Assembly (NCBI GenBank): GCA_028534125.1
Contig: CM052817.1
Coordinates: 23,004,001 to 23,068,000, forward strand
Length of the DNA: 64,000 bases
Reading direction: 5' to 3'
DNA from: Lama glama
Lineage: Eukaryota
Shown here: piece by piece, positions 13,251 to 25,579 of the stretch
Position numbering within the stretch: the first letter of the stretch is position 1
How the letters are laid out: every line of letters begins with the position of its first letter
Notes under the pieces: model-generated
What the model saw: the letters and a program-made list of their open reading frames with translations, nothing else
The model's database searches: none
Told to the model about the DNA's origin: nothing
Program-made: the position numbers and the translations under genes

Positions 13251-16200
13251 GTGGAACTGATGCAGTCTCTACCTTGGTAAAAGGCACTGGAAAGGATTTT
13301 TAAAAATTGTAATAAATCATCAAAGATTTTATAATCCTGACAAAGTTAATAAATTAATATCAACAGTGACTTTACAAATACAGAAACTAAATATATAGGA
13401 AATAAGATAATCCAAAATTGGCCAGAAATACTACAGTGTTTTGGAACATAATAGGAAAAAAATAAAATGCATAAATCTGAGATAAGAAGGGCCTGGGAAA
13501 TAAGATTGTTTAAAACTAAAAACTAAATGTTTAAGATATTGGCCCAAAGAGTCCTATGTTTATTTGTTTACTTACCCATTCCCTCATATTTTATTCAATG
13601 GACATTTTTCCCCAAACCACTGTGAATTAAATGCATCGCTGGATGCTGAATATAAAGATTCATAAGAACGTATTTTCAAATCAAGGTTCAGAGACAAAGC
13701 TACAAATCAATAACCAGAAACATAGTAATGCACAAAATGATACTCATATAAACAGGACAAATAAGGCAACAACAAAGGGGAAAAAAAGGTGGAAGATTTG
13801 GTAAGTTTTTTAAAAGATAATTGTTGTCTAGAGAGCCATCAAGGGTAACTGTTTCTTGGAAACAGCATAATGATATGAAGCAACAGAAAATCAAGTAGAA
13901 GAGATACCTTTTTCTTTTTTTTTTAACAGCATTTTCAGCAGTTATTTTTGCTAACACCTAGGTTAGGGCAAAAGTTTATCAGATTTTGTAGAAAACTTTT
14001 GGAAACAAGCAAGTCAGCTCTTTGAAAATACTCATACCCTTTTTTTCAATACCAAATTATTTGATCAGATCCAAACTAAGGATCCAGATTTCCAAGTAGT
14101 TACTGTTAAACCTGATTGCCTCTCCCAGCCATTCCCTCCCCCAACAAAGTACTTCCAGAGACTTAAAAAAAAAAAAAGCATATGTAACGTTAAAGGCAAT
14201 GTTGAAGAAGTGACAGTTCTTTTGCTTCATTTATACTCAGAATAGCTTACTGGCCTGGCTAGTTGCACTTGGTCCATAAAGTAAATGTAAACTTGAGAAG
14301 TAGAGACACACCCCCATGGATGCATGAGCCTGATTTGGGGAAAGTTCAAGTATTGCTTGGTCACCTAACACTGTATCAGTGGGACAGATTAGACAAATAA
14401 GGATCATTCTCGTATTAAACAGTGTGAACAAAAGACAGTCTTCATTATCTCTGAGATTCCAGATAAACTGCCATGACACCTTTTTTCAAATAAAAAATTA
14501 TCTTGGAAATAGGGTATAATAGAAAATTAGCATATTTTCAAAAACAGATTTTCTTTATGGCTTTATTTTCACAACTGTTCTAAATGACTAACCAGGATTT
14601 CTTCTATGCTACACATTTTACGAAGTATCAGGTAAAGGCACTAAAACATCTCTTGAATTAAGGAAAAGAAGATACACATTACTGCATAAATACAAGTACA
14701 TCTTTTTATAAACTTATAACAATTTGCATTTCATGTGTGTTAATATTAAGTTTTGTTTCCTACATGGCATAAGTGCAAAACATAACACTTTCTTTTTAAA
14801 AAGTTTTTATAATTATTATTATTGTGGGGAAGTGCTTCAAATACTTCAAAATAAATTTCAGGGATATACAATTAACATACTTGACAGTAAAACTTTCAGT
14901 CACTTTACATTATTGTTATTTTTTATATGTAAACCTTTTGTTCTGACATAAAATCTAAGTGTGTTATCATCAGTTCATCAATTTTTTATCATTGCTACAG
15001 GACTTCCCCAAAATAGACTTCAAAGCCATTTTGTTCTGTTTCAGAAATATCAAAAGAAATCCCTATTTTATTTGACTGTATCAAACTGATTAACTGTCAT
15101 TTTAACATTAGAGAAATAATATTGACTATCTGTGAACTTAACATATGGATACAACTTAATGAATACTTTTTTTAAGTTTTGAAGTTTCATTAAAGGCTTG
15201 AAAGTTTGTTTTTTTGTCAAATGGATAATGTCATTATCAATGAATATCAATTTATTATACAATAAAATCATATAATTGTGCCTACCACTTTATATGAATA
15301 TAATAAGTGATAATTAATTTAAATAAATTATTCACATGAGAATAATGACTTTGCTTTGAGTTTGTTTCTGAATTTATTTATGGAAATCTTAAATCTCTGA
15401 AAAAAGTTTTAATATAGAAAGATTTAACAGCTCTTGTTAACCAAAGTCATTTTAAAAGCATCTGGGAAGAGGAACTAAATTTTTTTCTTCCCTATAAAAG
15501 TCACCAAATGGATTTGTGAATAAAAGCATGAAATTTTATTATGAAGTGATATTTGATCCTAAACCTCATTAGGATGAAACAGAATTTACACTTGAAAAGT
15601 TACTTTGGTATTTAGGGCAAAACTGTTAAATTTGAATAATGTTAACTTTTCTACATGAATAGAAAGTAGTCTATTTAACAGTATTTAACTTTTTAAAAAG
15701 CCTGCATGTTAATTTAAAGTACAACATTGTCCAAGAAGTTATATCACAGAATACTTGTTTTTATTTACACAGCTCTACAGATTGTGATGTATTTATATCT
15801 CAACCTTTCATATCAGTGTTTAGAGATCAGCTAAACTACTTTGCTACTTTGTAAGAATTTTAAAATTTTTTTACTACTCAAGTCTTTAGGGTAATCTCTT
15901 ATCTTTGTCCATCAGTCTTAATAAAAACTGCAAGGAGTTCTTTCAAGGGAGTTGTATCCACATGTCTCTATCAAAGGATAATTCAATCCTTTGATTCCTT
16001 TGGTTGTAGTAACTATCCACTTAAGCTACCACCTTATATACACATCGACAACCACATTCATCTAAAGAATAGTTATAATATATGTTGGTAAAATACTCAC
16101 ATACAGAAGAGCATGTTTTAAACATAAAGAGTACCTCACTTTCAGCTATAACCAGATGAAATCCAGTTTATAAAGATATGTAATCTATAGTCCTTCTTGC

Positions 16201-16839
16201 TCTGGACAGTACTCCTCATAATTATAATTGTATAAATAATTTAGTTTAAAATAAAATATAAAGAAATGGTTATAGTGAGTTTTGACAGTTGTTTATTATC
16301 ATTTGTCAAATGTAACAGGAGACTTTTACATATCCACTGATATGTCAAATTAACAAGTTTAACCCCTGGAAAAGAAATATTAGCATGCAATTCATAATGT
16401 CAGTGATGTTATAGAGTTTAAGAAGTTTCTTAACCTTTATAGGCTCTAGTGAGATAACATGGAGTGTTCCATACCAAAAACCATTATCCACAGTTCATGC
16501 ATTGACACCACAGCTAACAGCACTGAGACTAAGCTGTTGCTAGGCAGTTGCTGAAAGTTAAGGGCTATTTTTCTTTTTCTCAAAATGAAGAGTAAATAAA
16601 TTAATATTCCTAAATATTTTTAATAGTGCCTACCACATGGCAGGTGTTACAGACATTATTATTTTTAGTAAAATAGAAATTAGTTCACTGCACTAATCTT
16701 TCACTTGTTACCATTTTCACATCTCCCTATTTGCTTTGAGAACATAAATGTAAATACAAAAATGTGTTCAAAAGTGTCTACAGAACTTATTTTAATGTTA
16801 AAGTATCCAGAAGACATGGACCATAGTAATACACAGATA

Positions 16840-17230
16840 GTAAATTGCCATTTACTGATCTCACGCATCTACATTCTAAATGTTGTGAGCAGGATGAGAC
16901 TGAGACAGGTTAATGAACAAACAAGTTCTCAAAAATGATACTGAATGAGTATGATTTGAGTGTTTTATTTTGTCTATGGTGATCAAGACAAATATCTGAT
17001 TAGTTGACATTCTAATGGGTACATTTATAAAAAGAAAAGAAACTGAAGGTGATCAATATCAGTATCTGGGAAGAGATCTGCCCAGGCTTAAAAAAAGAAA
17101 CAGTAAACATAAATGCACTGTGTTGGGAGAATTCTTCATGTGTTTGAACACAGCAAATAATCTAGTGTGGCTGAGAGAGAATAGAGAGAAGAAAGAGAAA
17201 AGTCAGAGGGAAAGATGGCACATAAGTATC
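16840..17230 (-). mobile_element. Degraded L2 fragment
   Basis: CTCACGCATCTACATTCTAAATG...TGTGTTTGAACACAGCAAATAATCTAGTGTGGCTGAGAGAGA, typical antisense L2 3' end. Confidence 0.55.
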
Positions 17231-18001
17231 AGCAAAGGTGGGGGCAGTTTATTAAATTGAATATATAATTTAATGTTTCACTCTTGGCAATATCCTCTCT
17301 CTAAACTATTAATTTGTCAAGGAAAAACCAGATTGATTTCCCTATGCTAAAATTAATTTTCAGAGATGTTATGTCCCCTACTACATTGTGAAACTGCATG
17401 GTGAAATATTAAATTCCAGAATTCTTTTTATGTCAAGTTTTAGAAAAATGAATTAACCATTGTTCAGTTCAGCTTTTTCAATTATTTCTCAATGCTTTAT
17501 ATTAATAATAATATAAATTATTGCTGAGGGAGGGAAACATGTCTACAAATGAGAATTACTTAACTGGACTGTTTTTTGGAGCTTGAAACTAAAATGATAT
17601 TTTTGATGTATCAGAATTCTGTGACCACCTCTGGAGCAGTTATGATACAAATTAAAAAATAATTCAAACGTCCTATCAATGTTTAGAGGTAACTATAATT
17701 TTGATCAGCTGAGTTCTGCTTTCTACTTAAATAACATTAAATATCACTCCCAGACTTCAAAAGTAATTTCTGTACTGAATATTGTAATACAAAAAAAGAA
17801 TAGTAATTGACATTTTGATGAAGGCAAAAGTTCTCAGATGTTTCCAAATAACAGCGTAACAAATAAATTTTTTTATCGTACAGTTTCCAAAGTAAACTTT
17901 AATTAAATTGCATTTTTAACTTACGAACTTCAATAAAATCAAATAATTTTATATTTCTAAATCTGATAACATATTAAACCGGCCTATTTCACTTATTAAT
18001 A

Positions 18002-19135
18002 CAGGTCCGTAAAGTTATATGTGTATGTCTTACATCAAAAAAAAAAAAAAAACACTGAAACCATGGGAGGTTGTTGTCCACAGTTATTTGGCAGCTACAC
18101 CTGACTTAAATCCATGGGAGCCTATCAGTTTATCTCATAGTCCCACCAGTCAATCGCATATAACTCTGCTGTTTGGTAATACTGCATCGTGTGTGCATGT
18201 GTGCAGGAGGCCAAGACCCTAGGTTTCAACGCTGTGTGAAAATGTCAAATGAACAAAAGAGCACAGCAAAAGAAGAAAAAAAGAAGCATCTCTTTTTAAC
18301 AGTAGAGCAGAAAAATAAATTATTACAGAAGCTTGAATGTGTCATTGAATTGAGGCAATCTTCTGAAAATACGAGGTCAGAAACTACTATGATATTTAAT
18401 TTAAAAAGCATACGCGTAAGTTATTGCTATTTTATTAGAGACAGTAATGATCTGGAAATAATTAAAAACAGAAGACCAGTCCAAAGCTAGAAAAGTGAAA
18501 ATTGTGACAATGTCGTAACTGAAAAGATTTCACAAATGGAGAAGAATTTGACAACCAAGACCAGTTGTGACAAATAAAAAAGTGAATATATATCTAAGAC
18601 TACCAGTCATTTTGGATATGAAACAAGCTCATACGTAGCATGAAAACCTACCATTTAAGTGAGTGTGACTATGCAAAAGGTGGGCTGCAGGAATGTAATG
18701 GAAAACATGATGTTTTTTTCTCATCATGAAGTAGCCAAAAATTACCCTGAATACTGCTGCAATGAGAAAATTATGAAATTTAAATGCTAATGAAACAGCC
18801 TCCTACTCATGCTGTATTCCCGTAAAATGAATGAAATCCAACAAGTGTTAACATGGCTGAGGAGAAAGCTTCATTAGCTGTAAATGTGCTAAGATCAGGT
18901 TGACTGTCCCTGGCCACAGGCCCCAAAAGATAAAAATAGCAATAATTGAAAAAAAAAATTCAGCACTTGAAACATTCTGACAACTTTTGTGTATAGCAGA
19001 TAGGGCAGAAAGCATGAGAAACCAGAGAAAAACTTTTAGCCAGATCAATAACCATTTTGTACCAAAATCACAAGCTCGCCAGAGGCTAGCCAGACTGAAC
19101 ATTCTGTAAAAAAACATCTTTTCAAATTTATTCTT
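18002..19135 (+). mobile_element. Fossil Tigger/pogo (Zombi/Tigger4-like) transposase pseudogene
   Basis: Translation from ~18242 gives MSNEQKSTAKEEKKKHLFLTVEQKNKLLQKLE (CENP-B-like HTH). Later frames give MKQA, ECDYAKGGLQ, NANETA (NADET motif), RLTV and HFVP. Multiple stops and frameshifts. TA+CAGGTCC at 18000-18008 is a possible terminus. Confidence 0.75.
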
Positions 19136-19589
19136 CCCCAGACATGGTATTTGTGAAACAGCTGTATGGCCAAGGAAATTTATGTCCCAGGGGGAACCAC
19201 TGCACACATGCTCATGGAGCCGGTGCTTACTGCATTTAGCAGAGAGTTCGAATTTGATCTTGGGAATGTCACTTACACAGCTGGAAATAAGATTTTGGTT
19301 TACAATGATGTTTGAGTGAGATTTCCCAAATTCTGATCTTTCAATATGGACACTCAAAGTCTAAAAAACAGTATTTCTCAAACTTGTTTGCAGCCAGGAT
19401 TCTAGCTGTGTAGAAGAAGGAACATACACATGAGACTGAAAAGCAGAAAATTTAAAATGTTTGCAATAAATTGATTTATCTTTCTAGCATGGTTGGAGAT
19501 GTTCAGTTTTATCTGGGACAAATCAGGCAGACATTATAGTGCCCGGTCCCTATTTATTCATTTATCCCCTATTTCACAAGCATTTAGCT

Positions 19590-19785
19590 AATGCTTAGTA
19601 ATTCCAGATGTTTTTAGAAGACAGGCACCGTTACCATTCTCATTTTATAGGTGGAGGGAACTGAAGTACAGCTGACTTCCTAACAAAGCCAAGGTCACAG
19701 GGTTAATGAAAGGTGAAGGCTACCTGTGACTTTAGCTAGGGCAGCTCCAGAGTCCATGCTCTAAACCACCAGGCTATGCTACCTC
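19590..19785 (-). mobile_element. MIR SINE
   Basis: CATTTTATAGGTGGAGGGAACTGAAG...CCAAGGTCACAG...CTCCAGAGTCCATGCTCTAAACCAC core MIR motifs. Confidence 0.75.
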
Positions 19786-20559
19786 TTCATTATCTTTCCT
19801 AGCCTCCCTAGAATCTCAGAGAATGAGTGAAGTGGTGGCGCATCAGTGGAATTTCCAGAAGAATTTTTAGAAGAGCATTATAGTGTGTATAGTTGTTATT
19901 ATGCATATAATTATATATATTATATACATGTATATAGCTAGAAACTATATATATAATATCTTAGCTATGCAGTATTTAAACATTGGCTATCTAGGAGATT
20001 CTAAAAACTATTTAATATGACCCTTTATTCATAAATGAGCATGCAAGCATATCATTGCCTGAAACTTTGGAATCATAAGCAATACAGTAACTGGTTACAA
20101 AGGTGCTTGCAGAAAAGGCATTCTCAAGGAAATTTAGGATTAGTGATTTCACAAGGTTGAGACTGTCAGTGAACAGAGGAGCCAATTAACACAAAAAAGA
20201 TAAGACACTAATAATCCATGGCAAGCAGTAGCAAAATATTTACTTTAATTATTACCTATGGTTGCCTGAAATGAATTGCCTATTGAGAGCTAAGCTTTAA
20301 TACATGTATTATGATTGATGATCATGACAATGTTTACACAGGGCAGAGGGCTGAGAAAGGGAGGGAGGGCTGGCAGTTTCTGACTATGCTGCAAAGACAG
20401 TAACCAGCTCAAGATTTAAATTCTCATCTCAAAGGCTAGTGAGGACACGGGGATTTTCTTTTCCAATAAAGCAAAATCACTTATCTTTTTATCAGCAAGT
20501 TTCATACAGGTATAAATTTAAAAAAAAAGTCTATCCCTTCAGTTTGGTGAATTATGGCA

Positions 20560-21025
20560 TTGGATTAGATTCTCAGGGCTGTCTTAACAAAGTTCCAAAA
20601 CACAGGTACAAATGAAGATTACTGCGTCCCAGTTCTGGGGGCCAGCAGCCCAAAATCAAGGTATCGGCAGAGTCATGTTCTCTCACACAGCTCTAGAGCA
20701 GAATCCTCCCTTGCCTTTTGTAATTTGTTACTTGACATCAGTCCTTGGTGTTCCTTGGCTTATAGACACATCACTCCAGTTACATGACTGACCTCCCCGT
20801 GTGTCTTCACAATGCCATCACTCGGGGCATGCCTGTCTCTGCATCCAAATTTCCCTCTTTTTTATTAGGACATCAGTCAAATTAAATTAGGACCCACCCT
20901 AATGAGCTCATTTTAACCTCATTCCCTCTGTAAAGTACCTATTTCCAAATAAGGTCATATTCCGAAGTAATGGGAGTTAGGGCTTCAATATCTATTTCTG
21001 AGGTAGGCAATTCAATCCACAATAA
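20560..21025 (-). mobile_element. MaLR LTR (MLT1B/C-like)
   Basis: AAATCAAGGTATCGGCAGAG, CCCACCCTAATGAGCTCATTTTAAC, TTTCCAAATAAGGTCATATTC. Confidence 0.8.
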
Positions 21026-21349
21026 GTGTAGAATGAATATACATACAGCCTTCTGAAATACATTAAAATTAGGACATTTATAAAGAGAGAGTGGGATAGT
21101 GACATTGGAGAGAGAATATCTGATAGGATTCCAGGGACATGGATAGGATTCCCAAAGCTCACCAAAAACCTCTGCCAAAATAAGAGAAGGCTGCTTTTGC
21201 CTTTTTTTAAACAAATATAATGACTGTACATGAGGAAATGATGTTGATGAAAATGCAAATTCCTCTCATATTCCTTTCTTAGTTTCATTTATTGCCACAA
21301 GATCTATAATAAATATCATATTCAAGATGTTCCAAAGGAGAAACTGCAA

Positions 21350-22450
21350 AGCCAAAACTCGTATAAAATGGCTTAGACACCAACTCAATGGCAAGATTTG
21401 GCTCATATATTCAAGACAGAAATCTAGGAGTTAAGAGATCTGGTGATAGCTAGATGGAGAAGAAAATAATATAATAGTGTATTAGGCCCAATTTATGTAA
21501 GTGGAACACCTACCAGAAATACCTGAATCAATCTCATAGCTTGAGAAACTAGGAGTGATTTTAACTGCTGGATCATTTGCTGGATTAATCTGGAAATTAT
21601 TAGTGGTTTGCTTTATATGAAGTTGAAATTCCATGATAAGATATACAGCAAGATATCCAAACACTCAGAGAACTGAAATGTTGGAGTCGGTAGATTGTAT
21701 GTGATGTAATATTCACCCCCTCAGAATCCAGAGAACATTCTGTCTTCCAAAGCACTGAGAAATATATTGATGAGTAGAATTTCAACCCTGCAATTCCTCA
21801 AAGCTGTTCTATTTGCTATACAGGAAGTGCTACCACTGAAGTAGATTCCCTATTTGGATTTGATTGATGGATTCCTAGAGTGGCAGAAACAAAGCAGTAA
21901 CACAAAATTGCTAAAGCAATGCTGTCTTGGTTACTCCAACAGCCAACTACATGCATCTGTAATCAGAATGTCAACCTGTCAATCTTTGCTGCTGGCCAAC
22001 TGATGGCATTATGCCTAGGACTCACTGAGTCTAAGATCGTCTTTGATTTACTTAACTGGAGTTGTGGAAGAGGGGGAGGAGGAAGCCCTCTAATTCTGGA
22101 GATTAACTTGAATCTCCTTAAATGGCACTGACCTAATTTTCAGCCCTTAGTCAATTCACAGATGCAGAATTCCTTGAAAGAAGCTGCTGGGTTTTATTTT
22201 GGAAGGACCCTGAGAGAACTCCAGAAGTACATCTTACTTGCAGTCCTCACCAATGAGACTTGCAGTCATTTATTAGAGAAAATGTTCTCTGGGTAAGCAC
22301 ATTTTGGAGGCTTTTTGGAAATGTTCTCTGAGCTAACACGAATCCCCAGAAACAGAATTTTACGACTGTCCACCAGCAAGAGGGGGCTTATATGGCTCAG
22401 TTGATAAATGATCCATAAAGAGCTCAGTAGGACTGAGAACCTATCCTATA
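21350..22450 (+). mobile_element. Highly decayed ERV-L/MaLR-type internal fragment (gag-pro region)
   Basis: Resembles the better-preserved ERV-L at 29-30 kb, e.g. AGTCAATTCACAGATGCAGAATTCCTTGAAAGAAG, GGAAGGACCCTG, AGCTAACACGAATCCCCAGAAAC. Confidence 0.5.
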
Positions 22451-22479
22451 GTACTTTTCTCACTTTCAAATCTATAATT

Positions 22480-22850
22480 TTTAGGTTTATTTTATTATGA
22501 AATAATAACGGTTTGACAGGAATATGCAAAGATAGTTCAGAGGGGCCCATCGTACTCTTCACCCAGTCCTCCCAGAGGTGACATATTACATAAGCATTAA
22601 TAGGAATTTGATGTTGGCACAATATGTGTATAGTTTCACAACATTCATTACATACAATTAAGAGCATCCAAGATACGAAACTATTTGATCCAAACAAACA
22701 AATCTCCCTTACAATACCTCTGTAGTCATAGTCACACCCACCTGCCTACCCTCTCCGCCACCTCTAATCCTTGGCACACATTAATGTGTCTTCCACCTCT
22801 ATCATCTGTAATTTTGTCATTTTGAGAATATTGTCGAAATTGAATTGAAA
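22480..22850 (-). mobile_element. L1MC-type 3' UTR fragment
   Basis: CTCTTCACCCAGTCCTCCCAGAGGTGACAT...CTAATCCTTGGCACACATTAATGTGTC...TTTTGTCATTTTGAGAAT. Confidence 0.65.
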
Positions 22851-23119
22851 TTATTGGTCCATAAACAGGGCCGGTATATTCTGTTGAAATAGCCGAGTAG
22901 AAAACAACTTATATAGAGAGGCTTCCACTAAAAGCTCTAGAAAGGCAGTCCCCTCTCCAGCCGTTTTGGAGAGTGGACTTGAAAGAAGAAACAAGAAGGG
23001 GCTTCCCCTTCCCTTTTCTTTTTCACATGTTTTCTTAAAATTGTATTTTGTTGAAACATTATTTTGTAACTTTTTAACAGAATATTTAAATGTATCCAGG
23101 CTGGGGTTTGATCATTCAG

Positions 23120-23940
23120 GTCGTAGTGGCCCCAGCTGCTTCGCCACCCCGCAGCCCCCTGAATGTGCGCTGCTCCTTCTCGCTTCCCGTTTCCCCTCAG
23201 AAACGCCACCTGTTTTCCACCTGCCCAAACCTCCTCTGCTTCAGATCTCAGCACACAAGCGCACACAAACCTCATCTCCTCTCACGGCTCTCCGGTTTTC
23301 TCTGCTTTCTCAGCTCTCACGGGCCCCTTTCCGCGCCGAGGGCTGACTGCCTCGTCAATCGCAGGGTTACCGTGAACCTGCGTGGTGCGTGTCGCGCGCG
23401 GTGCACGTCGTGCGTGGTGTGCGTAGTGGTGCGTGTCATGCGCGTGGTGCGTGTATGCACGTCGTGCACGTGGTGTGCGCGTGCTGCGTGTAGTGGGAGT
23501 GAGCGGGAAAGGGCAGCGGGGTTTGTCGGGTCAGGTCGGCTGAGCAAACGTCTCAGTGCAGCCAGTTCACCCCTTTAGGCCCGTGCCCCAGGCGACTCAG
23601 CTGTCGTGCCGTTAGATCTGTGGGGCTGGAAGAGCCGGCACCCTCTGGCGGACGGAGGAACTTGTGAACAGGTAGGGAAGAGAGAGGTGGGGCCCCATCA
23701 GCCTGTGTGTCTGGGATGAGGTACCGAGTTTCCTCATGTAAATTCAGACCCTGCTGCTTAAAGTATGGGCGCGGGGACGCAGCATCAGCGTCGCCTGGGT
23801 GTATGTTAGCCCGAATCTCAGCCTGTCTCAAACCTGCGAATCTGCGGATGGATTTGCATGCAGTAGTATGAGAAGCACAGAGTAGCAGTCTTTTTGACTC
23901 ACATGCGCGTTAAAGTTTGAGAAATGCTAGCATGCGAGTC
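23120..23940. promoter_or_regulatory. CpG-island-like putative promoter/first-exon region
   Basis: Only strongly GC- and CpG-rich stretch with no recognisable repeat origin. Candidate donors CAG|GTAGGG (+, after 23671) and ACG|GTAACC (-, at 23370), E-box CACGTG 23467-23472, octamer ATTTGCAT 23852-23859. Confidence 0.65.
23378..23492. repeat. Degenerate GTGC/GCGTG-rich tandem tract
   Basis: Eight GCGTG on the + strand. Internal duplications GCGTGGTGCGTGT (23380, 23442) and TGCACGTCGTGC (23402, 23456). Confidence 0.85.
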
Positions 23941-23984
23941 TCTCAGGATTCCCAGTAGGAGGCAGAACACCAACAACCAGCATG

Positions 23985-24600
23985 AATTTCTGATTGTGAT
24001 AGGGTTGAGGTCAAATCCTTACTGACTGTTTGAGGGCCACACGGCAATTCAGAAAAACAAGAGACCTCCCAGATAGGGTGACTTTGGAACTGAGCACAGG
24101 AATAACTGAAGACATGGCCGTCGGGGTGTCTGGAGAATAAGCAGCCAGTGCAGAGGCCCTGGGGCTGGAATGTGCTTAGCATGTTTGATGAAACAGGGAG
24201 ACTGTGTCTGAGGCAGAGTAAGGGAGGAGACTGTGATAGGAGACCATGGGGATGGATTTTGTTGACCATGTAGTTCATGGTGAGGACTTGAGATGCTATC
24301 TGAATGTAGTGAGAGGCGATTGGAAGGTTTTGAGTGGAGGAGTCTCGCGATCTGACTTTTAGCAGGTGTTTCTCCTAGTGATGTGCTGAGAATAGACTGA
24401 AGGGAGCAAAACAGGGAGGGCAGGTCAGAGGCAATTGCAGGAATTCTGGAGAGAGAGGAACAAGGTGGCTTGGACCAGGGTGGAAGCAATGGAGGTAAAG
24501 AGACATGTTTAGAAGCTGGTCATATAATGAAAGTAGAGCTGCCAGGGTTTGCTAATGATTGATTGATGGGTACAAGAGCAAGAGAAGACTCTCCCCAGAT
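23985..24600 (-). mobile_element. L2a LINE fragment
   Basis: GCCAGTGCAGAGGCCCTGGGGCTGGAATGTGCTTAGCATGTTTGA...GGTGGCTTGGACCAGGGTGG. Confidence 0.8.
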
Positions 24601-25579
24601 CTGCTGTGTACAACTCTCTAGATTAACCTTTCCAGAAATCTTCACATACACTATCTTGGGGCTCCAGCAGGCTGGGGAAGTTGTCTCCTTAACGGAAAAA
24701 AAAAAAAAAGTCAGGAAAGTCATCTTATAAAATGATAAAAATTATGAGAGTAGTTTAAAAAAATTGCCTAGTTGGCAACCCCTAATTTTTTGTTATTGCT
24801 GTATTTATACAGCATTATAAAATTCAAAACTTGGAACCCCTGAAATAGAGGCTGGTTGGTGAGGTCTGTAGTTTTTTTCTTTATTTTTGTTTTGTTTTCC
24901 TTGCTGCAGCTCCTGTCTCTCATTATACATTGTCTTGTCCTTAGGTTACAAGTCTACGAGTCAATCCTTCTCTGCCTTTTTAGACAATGACTTTTTTCTT
25001 TTAGTATCTCAGCTATTTGCTGAACAAAATAATGAATGAGTGGATGACTTTCAGGAGCTAAGAGTCTGGGCTAGATGAGAAATCATTTTTGTATAGTGTG
25101 TAAGAATAACATTTTCATTCATCATAGCATATAATTAAGCCTTGGCACATATCCTGTTCAAATCTACATTTCAGTAAAGGCTCAAGCATTGCCAGTGGCT
25201 GGCAGGTGTTTCTTAATGATGATCATTCCATGGACAATAGGGTTATTTTCCTTTACTTGGCTTTATCAAACTTGTCCTGTAGGAGGGATGTAGAACCACA
25301 TCCCACAGTCATTCTTGTGCTGGGAGGTGACCTTCCACAGTCCTGTAGAGGTGTTTCAGAAATTTCCTCATCCACGAGACAGGTTTGGGCATCAGAGGGC
25401 TACTCCAGACAGACTGGAGGAGAATGAAATGCTTCCTTGTATACTACTGAATCCTGAAGAGGGTTCATGCCACTACCAGCTAGTTGTGATTTCACTGTGA
25501 GAATGTGTTAACCAGGGCTATGAGGATTTTAGAGCAACATTAATCCCCAACAGTTTATCCTTTCAATGTCCAAACTGTC

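Noticed and set aside
18848..19357. Longest gap-free ORF (169 aa, minus strand)
   Set aside because: Non-ATG start and largely antisense to the Tigger transposase fossil; no recognisable domain
23378..23492. CRISPR-like array or imprinting control region
   Set aside because: No repeat-spacer periodicity, eukaryotic context, and no ZFP57 TGCCGC motifs seen in the array
22937..23831. Several overlapping 70-162-aa ORFs on both strands
   Set aside because: Expected from stop-codon scarcity in GC-rich repetitive DNA; low-complexity V/C/R or T/H/R peptides
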